Numbered from the stretch's first letter, positions 18,565 to 28,065 are shown. The stretch: 64,000 bases of DNA from Spirochaetales bacterium (GCA_037142615.1 JBAXAI010000004.1:1-64000); one strand, 5' to 3'. The notes: a model not told the origin generated them from the sequence alone. Made by a program: numbers and translations.

Positions 18565-19944
18565 ATGCGTCGCTTCTTTATGGTGCTGATCAGCGTAAGC
18601 CTTGGGATGGCCGGTTTGTCGGCCTAAGATGGTGACACACGCGCTGCCGGCCTGGCCGGAGCCATGACCGCTGTCAAAGGTGACCTGAACTCGCTTTTCT
18701 TCAACCCGGCCGGGCTGGCCTTTGTTGGCGAAGGGCATTTTGATGTCTCGGCCACAGCCGGTGCTGGCCTATCGCGTGGGTTTCTCGCGGTCAACCCGCT
18801 CGTGTACATCGAGCAGCAGTACGACTCGACCTACAGCCCGACCCAGACGTATTGGTATGCTCTTCCCAATACCCCCGACGGCTCGCTACCTGAGGCCAGT
18901 TCGTGGGCCGAGATGGTATCGATTCTCGAGGCAAACGGCCTGGGACCGGCCGAAAAGCAGCAGATTGCCGACGACGCCAATGCCGCCTCATGGGGTTCCC
19001 TGAAGGATTACGACCAGTACAACGCCTACAAAGACCGCTACTACCGCATGCAGGCCTACAAGCAGATTTCCAACACCCGACTTGAACTCTCACCCCGTGT
19101 ATGGGTTGGTGGGCCAGGCTGGGGAGCCGTGTTGGTTGACCAGCTGAAGTACGTTCCCGCCATTTCGACCTTCACCGGCGGCTCAAGTGTGGTCAGCTAC
19201 CAGGTGGCAAAACAACTGGGGGCCGTTGCCGGGCTGGGGCTCAACCTCGGTCCCCTTGCGGTGGGTGCTACCCTCAAAGCTCTTAACCGCAGCACTTTCG
19301 ACACCAAGACGACGACACTCAGCCAAATGAACGGGCCACCACTTCAGGTTCTTGCCGGATCCCTTGGCGACGCATTTTCCGTCCAAGGGAGGTACGACCT
19401 CGGTGTAGGTGTCGGCGCGCTGGCATCATTGGGTCCCCTCAACGTGGGGCTGTCGGTCAGCAATCTGCTTCCTTTTCTTGATTCCAGTCAAGCTGGGACC
19501 CCGTTCCTCGATGCCCTGATGGCGGGAACTGACTTTGGTGTGTCGGTGATGCCGTACGAAGCCAACGACTCAGGTTTCCAGCTCCCGATCCGTCTGGTCG
19601 GTGCCGTAGACCTTCACGGGCTCGGCAGCGATACTCAGCGCGATCTGGCCGCCGGTGCCGAGCTCGGCATCGACGCGTGGGGTTTCTTCCAGGCAGTGGT
19701 GCGTGGAGGCTATCGTCAACCGTTGCCGGGACCCTTGGCTACTTTGGCATCGCAGTTCGACCCCCAGAAGGGGCAACTCTACGCCGGGGCTACCGCCAAA
19801 CTGCTTTTCCTCAAGGTCGAAGTCGCGGGCACTCTGCCCGTTGTGAGTCTTGGATCGTTGCCCGGCAGCGGTTCGAGGCAGACCGATCTTCACGATCCAG
19901 TCCTGCTTGGCGGCGCCCAAGCTACAATCACGTTAGCGTTCTGA
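18565..19944 (+). pseudogene. outer-membrane beta-barrel (FadL/PorV/TraF-like) with in-frame TAA directly after the signal peptide
   Basis: AAGGAGGA SD, ATG 18565 MRRFFMVLISVSLGMAGLSA, TAA 18625-18627, then in frame DGDTRAAGLAGAMTAV...FFNPAGL; terminal Phe. Confidence 0.75.
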
Positions 19945-19953
19945 GGAGGAGCC

Positions 19954-20814
19954 ATGAGCGAGCCCGTGATCTGGATCGACGGACAATGGAAGACCAAAGA
20001 GACGGCGACGGTGTCGGTGTACGACCACGGCCTGCTCTACGGCGACGGCATTTTCGAGGGCATGCGCCTGTACAACGGGCGGGTGTTCCGGCTCGAGGAC
20101 CATCTGGTACGCCTCGAAGAAAGCGCCAAGGCGCTCCTGCTGACCCTTCCCTATTCCCGCCAGGAATTAACAGAGGTGATCGACCAGGCCGTGGCCCGCT
20201 CTGGTCGCCGCGAAGGCTACCTGCGGCTGGTGGTCACCCGGGGCGTCGGGACGCTGGGCCTGGACCCCAACCGCTGCCCGCGGGCCAGCGTCATCCTGAT
20301 TGTGGATGGCATCCAGCTCTACCCTGCTGAACTGTACGCGACGGGCATACCGCTGATCACCGCCAGCACCCGCCGCACCCCCCGCTCCAGCGGCGAGGCT
20401 CGGGTGAAGTCGCTCAACTACCTGAACAACATTCTGGCCAAGATCGAGGCCCAGCGGGCCGGGTGCCTCGAGGCGCTGATGCTCAACACCGATGGGCTCG
20501 TCGTCGAGTGCACGGCCGACAACATTTTTGTCGTCAAAAACGGCGTGCTGAGAACTCCGTCGGCTATCCATGGTGCCCTCGAGGGCATCACGCGCAAAAC
20601 GGTGCTCGAGCTGGCTCAGGGTCTTAAGGTCGCCACCGACGAGTCAGCCCTCGCGCTTTTCGACGTGTACAACGCCGATGAGGCCTTTCTGACCGGCAGC
20701 GGCGCTGAGGTGATGCCCGTCACCGAACTCGACGGTAGGCGTATCGGTAACGGCAAACCGGGCCCGGTCACCTTGCGGTTGCTCGAGGCCTTCCGCACCG
20801 TGACGCAGGGGTAG
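19954..20814 (+). CDS. ilvE: branched-chain amino acid aminotransferase
   Basis: DHGLLYGDGIFEG, KSLNYLNN, LEGITR. Confidence 0.93.
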   Translation: MSEPVIWIDGQWKTKETATVSVYDHGLLYGDGIFEGMRLYNGRVFRLEDHLVRLEESAKALLLTLPYSRQELTEVIDQAVARSGRREGYLRLVVTRGVGTLGLDPNRCPRASVILIVDGIQLYPAELYATGIPLITASTRRTPRSSGEARVKSLNYLNNILAKIEAQRAGCLEALMLNTDGLVVECTADNIFVVKNGVLRTPSAIHGALEGITRKTVLELAQGLKVATDESALALFDVYNADEAFLTGSGAEVMPVTELDGRRIGNGKPGPVTLRLLEAFRTVTQG

Positions 20815-20826
20815 TAAACTTCGCCC

Positions 20827-22623
20827 ATGTACCTTGCAGGACTATTTGAGCATCCGGTGAAGTCGATGCGCGGAAATGCTGTAACTTCGGCGACGGTCCG
20901 TTCGGAAGGCCTGGCCCACGACCGGCGTTTCCTTGTGCACACCCCCGATGGAACTTTCATCAGCGGCCGCAGTCACCCGAAGTTGGTTACCGTGGTTGTG
21001 GCCTTTGACGGCGAAACCCTGACGCTCACGGCGGGCAGTCCGAGTGCCTCGGAGCCCTTGCCACCACTCGTGCTGAAGGCGCACACGGGGCGGCTCTCGA
21101 TGGTCGCCGTTTGGAAAGACCGCTTTGACGCCTGGGACCAGGGCGACGAGGCCGCCCGCTGGTTGTCGAACTTTTTGGGCGAACCGGTGCGCCTGGCGTG
21201 GCTGGGCGACAGTCAAAGGCCGCTGCGCTGGGATAACGACCGCCGGGTGACGTTTGCCGACGCCGCGCCGCTGCTGGTCGTCAGCCAGGCGAGCCTGGAC
21301 GACTTGTCACGGAGGGTCGGCGAGGCTCTCTCGATGCGCCGCTTTCGGCCCAACCTGGTCTTGGGCGGGGCCGAACCCTTTGAGGAAGACACTTGGCGGC
21401 GTTTGCGCATCGGCGAGGTGGAGTTTCTGAACCTCGATGGCTGCAGCCGCTGCGAGTTCACCACCCTTGATCCCGAGACCGGCGAACGCCATCCGGCCGG
21501 CGAACCCGTCAAGACCCTGGAAGCCTACCGCCGGGTCGACACCGGCATCTACTTCGGCATGAACGTGATGCCTTTGTCGCTCGGCACGGTCCGCGTCGGC
21601 GACTCGGTGACGGTGCTCGAGCGCCGGGTTCCCCTGAGCTTCGTGCCAAGTTCCCTGGCCGCTTGGTCGCCTGTTCCCAACGGAACACTGCTGCCCGCGA
21701 GCCCTTTTCTGGAGGACGCCGAGGCCGAACTGGTCTGCCTCAAGGTGCGAGACGAGGCACCGGGCGTCAAGACGTTCACTCTGGCCCGCCAGGACGGGAT
21801 GGAGCTGGCCTGGAAGGCGGGGCAGTACCTCACGTTGCGACTGCCCGGCGAACTGAGGCGCAGCTATAGCATTTCATCGGCCCCCGGTGGTGCTCTCGAG
21901 ATCACCGTGAAACGTCTGCCCGACGGCCGCGCTTCCGGTTGGTTGCACGACAACCTTGTGCCGGGCGGGGCGGCCGTCTGCGAAGGAATCCGCGGACACT
22001 TCACGCTCGAAGATCACCCTTGGAACACCCTGTTGTTGATGGGCGCCGGCTCGGGCGTGACTCCGCTGATGGCGATCCTGCGGAGTTTGTCGCCACGACC
22101 GGTGGCCTTTCACCAGACGGTCCGGAACCGCGAGGATTTGTTGTTTGCCGACGAACTGGAGCGGCTGCGCGGGCAGTGGCGGGGAAACCTGACCGTGAGC
22201 CATCGCGTCACCAGCGAGGAGGGCCACCTCGACCACAACGGCCTGGTACGGTTCTGCCCCGACCTGCGCGACCGCAGGGTGTTTGTGTGCGGTCCGCCGG
22301 GCTACCGGGCGAGTGTGCGGGGCCTGCTCGCCGGGGCCGGCGTCAAGATCGACCGGCGCTACCACGAAGAAGTGTACGGCGAGGCCGCGCTCGAGGTACC
22401 CCAAGACGCCGTTCCCGGCCAGGTGACCTTTGCGCTCACGGGCAAGACGGTCGCCTCCGACGGGCGCACAACGGTTCTGCAACTGGCCGAACGTGTCGGA
22501 CTTACCCTGCCGTTTTCGTGCCGCTCGGGCGATTGCGGAACCTGCCGCGTGCAGACCGAAGCCGGCGAATGGCAGTTGGCCTGCCACACCTTTGCACGTG
22601 GCGACGCCTGCTACAACTTGTAG
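20827..22623 (+). CDS. MOSC domain protein fused to FAD/NAD(P) reductase and 2Fe-2S domain (YcbX-like)
   Basis: PVKS, HDRRF, RFRPN, CSRC; RSYSISS, AGSGVTP, CGP; CRSGDCGTC...LAC. Confidence 0.88.
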   Translation: MYLAGLFEHPVKSMRGNAVTSATVRSEGLAHDRRFLVHTPDGTFISGRSHPKLVTVVVAFDGETLTLTAGSPSASEPLPPLVLKAHTGRLSMVAVWKDRFDAWDQGDEAARWLSNFLGEPVRLAWLGDSQRPLRWDNDRRVTFADAAPLLVVSQASLDDLSRRVGEALSMRRFRPNLVLGGAEPFEEDTWRRLRIGEVEFLNLDGCSRCEFTTLDPETGERHPAGEPVKTLEAYRRVDTGIYFGMNVMPLSLGTVRVGDSVTVLERRVPLSFVPSSLAAWSPVPNGTLLPASPFLEDAEAELVCLKVRDEAPGVKTFTLARQDGMELAWKAGQYLTLRLPGELRRSYSISSAPGGALEITVKRLPDGRASGWLHDNLVPGGAAVCEGIRGHFTLEDHPWNTLLLMGAGSGVTPLMAILRSLSPRPVAFHQTVRNREDLLFADELERLRGQWRGNLTVSHRVTSEEGHLDHNGLVRFCPDLRDRRVFVCGPPGYRASVRGLLAGAGVKIDRRYHEEVYGEAALEVPQDAVPGQVTFALTGKTVASDGRTTVLQLAERVGLTLPFSCRSGDCGTCRVQTEAGEWQLACHTFARGDACYNL

Positions 22624-22626
22624 CCG

Positions 22627-23139
22627 CTACAGGCGGTAGAACAGACCGGTTTCGCCCGAGGGTCCCAGACCGAACCCGCTGCTGCCGAAGCTGGCCTGAA
22701 GCCCGCCCTGGATGTCGAGCACAATGTGATCAAAGAAGATCAACTCGAGCCCGATGCCACCGCCCGCGAACCCGCCGGAAGTCGTCGTAGCGGTACTGGT
22801 CCCGTCGCCGTTGGCGTAACTCGAGCTAGAGTAGTAACCCTGCCCGCCAAAGTACAGGAAGAACCTCGTCCAAGGTGCGTCGTTGAGCCGGTAGAGCCCG
22901 ACGAGACCCAAGTCCAGGGCAGTCACACCGCCAGAAATCACAGGCGTCCCCGTGATCTGAATGCCCATCACGTCGGGCCAGTTGCGGTATGAAATGCCAT
23001 AACCGGTGACAAAACCCGCCGCCATCCCGAAGTACTGCGTGGCGCCGGTGGGAGGTGCTGCCTCTTGCGCTGTGGCTAGTTGAGCCGTGGCAAACGCAGC
23101 CAGCAACGCTAGCGTCAAAACCATCATTGTTCTCTTCAT
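22627..23139 (-). CDS. small outer-membrane beta-barrel-like hypothetical protein
   Basis: Signal peptide; alternating Gly/aromatic strands; ends LFYRL. Confidence 0.7.
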   Translation of the reverse strand: MKRTMMVLTLALLAAFATAQLATAQEAAPPTGATQYFGMAAGFVTGYGISYRNWPDVMGIQITGTPVISGGVTALDLGLVGLYRLNDAPWTRFFLYFGGQGYYSSSSYANGDGTSTATTTSGGFAGGGIGLELIFFDHIVLDIQGGLQASFGSSGFGLGPSGETGLFYRL

Positions 23140-23250
23140 AATCTCTATTCTACTCCTTTTTTTGCGAAAAGCGGGCAAAAGCGCAAGCAAAATCGCGTGG
23201 GCTCGCGTCTGGAGCAGTGACTGTCCGGCCGGATAGAAAAAGGAGAACGC

Positions 23251-23856
23251 ATGAAACGAATTGTTCTATTGGTGGGCTTGGCCTGCCTCGTACTTTCAGG
23301 GGCGGTGGCTTCGGAGTTTGAGGGTTTGGAGACCCTTCCTCAGTTGTCGCTGGCCGACCTTGAAAAGCTTGACGGAGAGGCGCTGTATTTGGGCGTGGAT
23401 CGCACGGGGAAGACGATGACGGTCACCTCGATCGTTCCTGGCGACTACAGTCACATTGAGTGCTACACCGTGGCGGTCAGCACCGAAGTGGTCCGAAACT
23501 CCGACAAGAACCTACCCAAGAACGCCATGGTCAATACCAACAAGACCATCGTCGCGAGCAACGGGGTTTCCTACAATCCCCAGCAACTGACTTCTGGGAC
23601 CTACAACCTGTCGGCGACCAAAGCCAACGTCGGCGGCATGGGTCCGGGCATCAAGATTGATGTCGCCCAGGTCGCGGTCAACCAGAAGGGTCAGGTCGCC
23701 GTCTCGACTGACTTCTTCGTCCACGGGATTCCCTACGACAACACCAATGGGTGCGTCGGCGTCAAGAACGGAAGCATGGCCAAGGTCATGACCACGTACC
23801 AGAACGCCGTCGGACCCAAGACGGTCTCGATCTTCAGCCTGTTCGGCAAGAAATAA
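23251..23856 (+). CDS. secreted protein: signal peptide, C39-type leader motif, L,D-transpeptidase/Tlde1-like domain
   Basis: AAGGAG SD; signal ends AVA; LSLADLEKLDG motif; GTYNL and FFVHG...TNGCVGV (His...GC). Confidence 0.7.
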   Translation: MKRIVLLVGLACLVLSGAVASEFEGLETLPQLSLADLEKLDGEALYLGVDRTGKTMTVTSIVPGDYSHIECYTVAVSTEVVRNSDKNLPKNAMVNTNKTIVASNGVSYNPQQLTSGTYNLSATKANVGGMGPGIKIDVAQVAVNQKGQVAVSTDFFVHGIPYDNTNGCVGVKNGSMAKVMTTYQNAVGPKTVSIFSLFGKK

Positions 23857-23863
23857 CAACCCG

Positions 23864-23891
23864 CCCCGGGCCCAAACGGCCCGGGGTCTTT
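23864..23891 (+). terminator. intra-operon hairpin (weak terminator or RNA-stabilising stem)
   Basis: CCCCGGGCC-caaac-GGCCCGGGG followed by TCTTT. Confidence 0.65.
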
Positions 23892-23903
23892 GAGGAGAAA
23901 CTT

Positions 23904-24665
23904 ATGAAACTACGACTTTTGTTCTCTGCCCTGTTTTGTTTGGCCGCACCCCTGTTCGCCGCGGCCCAGCCCACCCTGACCATCCGAGACGAGAACCTCG
24001 CGTGGGGAGACTGGGGGACTGCCGTGAATGAGTACCGCGTGTATACCGGGTCCGAGGGCCTGATTTCCAAGGTGGAGTTCACCTCCGGCAGCGGATTACC
24101 GGCCCAAAGCGCCGAAGTGAAGCTGGTTGGCGACCGCCTGCAGTGGAGCTGGAATCAGCCGGGTTTGGGCCGCAACGACTACGCGCTCGTCCGGGGCGCC
24201 GACGCGTGGAAGGGCCAAGTAACCTTCACCAGCGATAACAAGGCCTCGGACAACGCCTCGGTGCCGCTGGTTGTCTCGTGGCAGCGCAAGGGCACCTTGG
24301 TTTTCGCCGACCAGGACCGCGTTGCCTCGCTTCTGCCCGGTTTTCATTACGTCGAGAAGGCCGTACGCCCCGATACCCCCAACCGGTGGACGACGGTGTA
24401 CGAGTTTGCCGGCAAAGAGATGACCGAACACTACCGGGACTTCACCAATGCGCGAATGAGCTTTTCCCGCTCCGGAACGCGGGTTGACGTCAAACGCTTG
24501 GAAGAACCCGACGACGGCGGTTGGCAGCAAATGGGCAAGTCCACCTTGGAAGGGCGGTCTCTGGCGGTGGCCAATCCGGCCATCAACGCCGCCAACTGGG
24601 AGATCCTCGGCACAATTGTCCCGTATCCGATCTACCTGCCGTTCCTGCTCGAGTTGGGGTTGTGA
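23904..24665 (+). CDS. secreted beta-rich hypothetical protein (candidate immunity/accessory)
   Basis: GAGGAG SD; signal peptide MKLRLLFSALFCLAAPLFA; TGATG coupling to next gene. Confidence 0.7.
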   Translation: MKLRLLFSALFCLAAPLFAAAQPTLTIRDENLAWGDWGTAVNEYRVYTGSEGLISKVEFTSGSGLPAQSAEVKLVGDRLQWSWNQPGLGRNDYALVRGADAWKGQVTFTSDNKASDNASVPLVVSWQRKGTLVFADQDRVASLLPGFHYVEKAVRPDTPNRWTTVYEFAGKEMTEHYRDFTNARMSFSRSGTRVDVKRLEEPDDGGWQQMGKSTLEGRSLAVANPAINAANWEILGTIVPYPIYLPFLLELGL

Positions 24666-25219
24666 TGGACCTCGCGGCTTGGCACGACAGCGTCCGCAGC
24701 CAGGAGGAACTGAGGTTCCAGTGGGTGGCCGAACAGGCTACAGACACCTCTTGCGGCTACGCATCGGTGGCGACCTTGCTCGACCTGTATTGGGACCAAG
24801 ACACCTCGGAGGCCCAATTGCTGGCCTTGGCCCCGAGCGCCAGCGGCGAGGGTGAGTCGGTTTCGCTCGCGAGTCTAAAGCGGGCTCTTGAGTCGTCGGG
24901 GTTCGAGGCGCGAGGCTACCGGATGGATTACGCACACTTGTCGCAGGTGGTCCCTCTGCACGCGCCGGTGCTGGTGCACTACGACCGGCCCCAAAAGCAC
25001 TTTGCGCTGGTGCTGGGCGTCCAGGGCACCCGGGTCGTGACCGCCGATCCTTCGCGGGGTCTCGAGGTGCTCGACCGTCAGCAGTTTGAGGCCCGGTGGT
25101 CGGGGGTGGCTCTGTTTGTGGCCAACACGCTGGCGGTACGCCAGCAGGCCCGGGTCGAAGCTGCCGTCCACTCGGCCTTGGCCCGCGCAGGGTTGCTCGA
25201 ACATGAGGCTGCGCGATGA
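24665..25219 (+). CDS. stand-alone C39 cysteine peptidase (FapD-like)
   Basis: VRSQEELRF..V..Q..DTSCG.A..ATLL; HFALV; ADP; F..RWSG. Confidence 0.88.
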   Translation: MDLAAWHDSVRSQEELRFQWVAEQATDTSCGYASVATLLDLYWDQDTSEAQLLALAPSASGEGESVSLASLKRALESSGFEARGYRMDYAHLSQVVPLHAPVLVHYDRPQKHFALVLGVQGTRVVTADPSRGLEVLDRQQFEARWSGVALFVANTLAVRQQARVEAAVHSALARAGLLEHEAAR

Positions 25220-25815
25220 GGGCGCTCGCCTTGGTCTTGGCGACCTTGGCGTGGCCGGCTGGCGGTCTCGAAGCGCAGTCAGACCACCAAAGGATTGCGG
25301 CCCACGAGCGCAACGACCACGCGCTGACGGCCTCGGTCGTCACCGCCTGGGCTCCCGTACTGGCGTGGGCACCCGAGGTTCCCTCGGTGTCGCTGGCGTA
25401 CCTGTACCGCGAGGGCTGGCGGGCCAGCGCTGGGTGGGGGCCAGGGGGCATGACCCTCGGAGTCGAGGAACGCCTTTCGTGGGCCAACACCCGGTTTCGG
25501 TTGGGCACGCAGTGGCAGGTTCCCGGCGCGCCGCTGTGGTCGACTGGCGCCAGTTGGATTGTCGACCCGGTGGTGCTTTCGGCCGACCTTCTGTGGCCCG
25601 CGCGCGCCGGTCCGGCTGAGCTGGTGCTCGGGTTCACCGAGGTGGTCAACGAGCATGTGTCGTGGTCCGTGTCGGTGCAACCCAACCCGGCCAACTTCGC
25701 CCTGACGTTCGGTGTGGGTTGGTTCGATGGTCCGTGGAGCCTGGAAAACGGCGTGCAGGCCCGTCCCGAGGGAACCGATGTGTCGCTAGCGGCGGCCGGA
25801 CGCCTCGCCTGGTAG
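25216..25815 (+). CDS. outer-membrane beta-barrel, FapF-like (short)
   Basis: Signal peptide; Trp-rich strands; VDPVVL and GFTEVVNEHVSWS resemble FapF DPxVL and ALNxxxS motifs; terminal Trp; ATGA overlap. Confidence 0.6.
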   Translation: MRALALVLATLAWPAGGLEAQSDHQRIAAHERNDHALTASVVTAWAPVLAWAPEVPSVSLAYLYREGWRASAGWGPGGMTLGVEERLSWANTRFRLGTQWQVPGAPLWSTGASWIVDPVVLSADLLWPARAGPAELVLGFTEVVNEHVSWSVSVQPNPANFALTFGVGWFDGPWSLENGVQARPEGTDVSLAAAGRLAW

Positions 25816-26784
25816 CCGGTCCACCTGCATCGTCAGGTCTTCCAGCTCCCGGATCCAGAACGCTTTGCTGCCCCAGCCTGGGAACGTGGCCTCAAAACCC
25901 CGGTCGCCGCGCTGGTGGTGGCACCACGCCAAAAAGTGCACCATGCGCATCAGGCGAAGTGGTTCCACGAGATCCCAGCTGGCCCAGCCCAGCGGCTGAA
26001 ACTCGCTGTAGCCCTCGCTCAGCAGGTTGACCTCCCGCGGGCAATCTTCGCGGTAGCCGGGCAGCAACAGCCAGAGGTCCTGGATGGGCGGTCCCCACGC
26101 GCAGTCGTCAAAGTCCATCAGCAGAAGGCCTTCACCAGGCCGGTCGAGAATGTTGCCCCGGTGGCAGTCGCCGTGGATGCGCTGCAGACTTTGGCCCTCA
26201 AACAACGGCGCCAGCGCTTGGGCCGCTGGCAACAGCAGGTCTTCAAACTCCCGCCGCAAGTCGGGCACGATGGCACGCGAGTCGAGCAACGCCTCGATTT
26301 GTGGCAGCAGCGTTGTCGCCGGGGTGAAGATGGGACGGTGGGCAAACACCCGGTCGCGGCCTACCCGGTGCAAGCGCCCCAAAAGGCGCCCCAGCCTCAG
26401 CCAGTCGTCGTCACCTTCGGCGTCAAAGTTGCGCCCGCCCTTTTTTTCGAACACCGCAAAATGGTAAGGGAGCTCGCCCGCGCTGGTTTCGACCACAATT
26501 TCGCCCAGCGAATCGCCCTCGTCGTTGACCACGGGCCGGGCGACTGGCAGGTCGGCGGCGGCGGCATCGTTCACCAACGCGTGCTCTTCTTCGAGCGCGG
26601 AGCGGTTCCAGCGATCAGGACGGTAGAACTTGACCACCCAGCCCTTGCCGTCGTCGTCCTTGACCCCGTACACGCGGTTGATGTGGCTGTTGTACGGTAC
26701 CAGCGAGCCGTCAAGACGCCAGCCGGACCAAGCTTCCACAGCCTGAAACACCAGTTGTGGCGAAAGGACGTCGAAAACGCTCAC
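25786..26784 (-). CDS. srkA: stress response Ser/Thr kinase SrkA/RdoA
   Basis: NSHINRVY, VVKFYRP, EEH, RIHGDCHRGN, DFDD, IQDLW; GTG start 26784. Confidence 0.9.
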   Translation of the reverse strand: MSVFDVLSPQLVFQAVEAWSGWRLDGSLVPYNSHINRVYGVKDDDGKGWVVKFYRPDRWNRSALEEEHALVNDAAAADLPVARPVVNDEGDSLGEIVVETSAGELPYHFAVFEKKGGRNFDAEGDDDWLRLGRLLGRLHRVGRDRVFAHRPIFTPATTLLPQIEALLDSRAIVPDLRREFEDLLLPAAQALAPLFEGQSLQRIHGDCHRGNILDRPGEGLLLMDFDDCAWGPPIQDLWLLLPGYREDCPREVNLLSEGYSEFQPLGWASWDLVEPLRLMRMVHFLAWCHHQRGDRGFEATFPGWGSKAFWIRELEDLTMQVDRLPGEASGRR

Positions 26785-27470
26785 CGAGCCGCCTGGGCCC
26801 TCGACTGCCACCAAAACACCGTCGACACCACCTGAAAGTCCTCTTCGATGGTGTGCTCACGGATCAGGTCGAGACCCGCGTCGTAGCCGGCTTCGCGCAC
26901 CGCGTCGAGGTTGTGGTGATGCGAAAGGATGGTGAACTTCTTGGTGCCGGCGACGAGGACCGGCGGTTTGCGCTGGGGAATGGTGTTCATCAACAGAATC
27001 CCTTTTGGCGCCAAGAGCTGCGTCATCGCCTCAAAAAAGTCTGCTTCGCGGTCGATATGCACCAGCAGGAAGAACGCCGACAGCAGGTCGGCCCGGCCAT
27101 GCTGGGCCACCCAGGCCGTGCGCTCGTCCTCGTCCTCGACGTCGAGGGGGCCGACGGTCGCGGTGTGCACTTTCTGCGCGGCCAGCTTCACCATCTCGCG
27201 GCTGATGTCGCAACCCTGTAGGTCCGTGCCCGGTTTGCCGGCAATCCACTTTTCAAAACGCGACAGGCTGCGGCCGTCGCCGCACCCGGCATCGAGCAGC
27301 ACCAGCGGTGCCTTGCGCGACTCCAGCGGTTCGCGGGTTTCGAGCGCCACCAGGGCCTCGCGCCACCAGGCTCCGGCCACGGTCCAGTCGAAGCTGTCGA
27401 GGTTGAGGTGGTCTTTCTTGTAATAGGGAGCGTAACGGTCGTAGCCGTCGGCGGGGTCGAGGTTTTCCAC
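26781..27470 (-). CDS. class I SAM-dependent methyltransferase
   Basis: LLDAGCGDG, GCDIS..M, L.PKG. Confidence 0.88.
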   Translation of the reverse strand: MENLDPADGYDRYAPYYKKDHLNLDSFDWTVAGAWWREALVALETREPLESRKAPLVLLDAGCGDGRSLSRFEKWIAGKPGTDLQGCDISREMVKLAAQKVHTATVGPLDVEDEDERTAWVAQHGRADLLSAFFLLVHIDREADFFEAMTQLLAPKGILLMNTIPQRKPPVLVAGTKKFTILSHHHNLDAVREAGYDAGLDLIREHTIEEDFQVVSTVFWWQSRAQAAR

Positions 27471-27516
27471 CCGGCCAGTCTAGCACCTTCCGCCTCCCTT
27501 CAGGTAGCGTAGCCTC

Positions 27517-28065
27517 ATGGATTCCCCGGAAGAAGAACAATTCGACGTCTGCGACGGACTCGGGAGGCCTACCGGCCTCCGAGAGTCCCGTTCGGTGGTC
27601 CACCGAACGGGACTCTGGCACCGCAGTGCCCACCTCTGGCTGGTCAATCCGGCGGGCCAGGTGCTGCTTCAACAGCGGCACTTAAAAAAGCAGTCCGACC
27701 CGGGCCGTTGGGATATCGCCGTGGCAGGTCACCTCAGCGGGGGCCAAACGGCGCTGCAGGCTATCGTCCGTGAAGCGCACGAAGAACTCGGGCTGGTGCT
27801 GGACCCCGCCTCGCTGACCTTTTTGGGCGAAAAGCGCAAGGAGTACCTCGAGCCGGCCTTTCAAGACCGGGAGTTCCAAGCGGTGTTTGCCGTGCGCCTG
27901 GACGTCGATCTGGCCACGCTGGTTCTACAGGAGAGCGAGGTGATCGCTGTGCGCTTTGAGGCCCCGGACCAGCTGGCTCGAGCCCTCGAGGCGGGCGACG
28001 AGGCCTACGTGAACCGGTCCGGGGAATGGCAAGAGGTCTACAGGTTCTTGGGCCTCGGCCGATAA
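27517..28065 (+). CDS. NUDIX hydrolase (IPP isomerase-like)
   Basis: H..GLWHR, PGRWD..VAGH, REAHEELG. Confidence 0.88.
   Translation: MDSPEEEQFDVCDGLGRPTGLRESRSVVHRTGLWHRSAHLWLVNPAGQVLLQQRHLKKQSDPGRWDIAVAGHLSGGQTALQAIVREAHEELGLVLDPASLTFLGEKRKEYLEPAFQDREFQAVFAVRLDVDLATLVLQESEVIAVRFEAPDQLARALEAGDEAYVNRSGEWQEVYRFLGLGR

Noticed and set aside
23251-24665. Functional amyloid subunits (FapB/C or curli)
   Set aside because: No imperfect Asn/Gln repeat units seen; the cargo has an enzyme-like motif.
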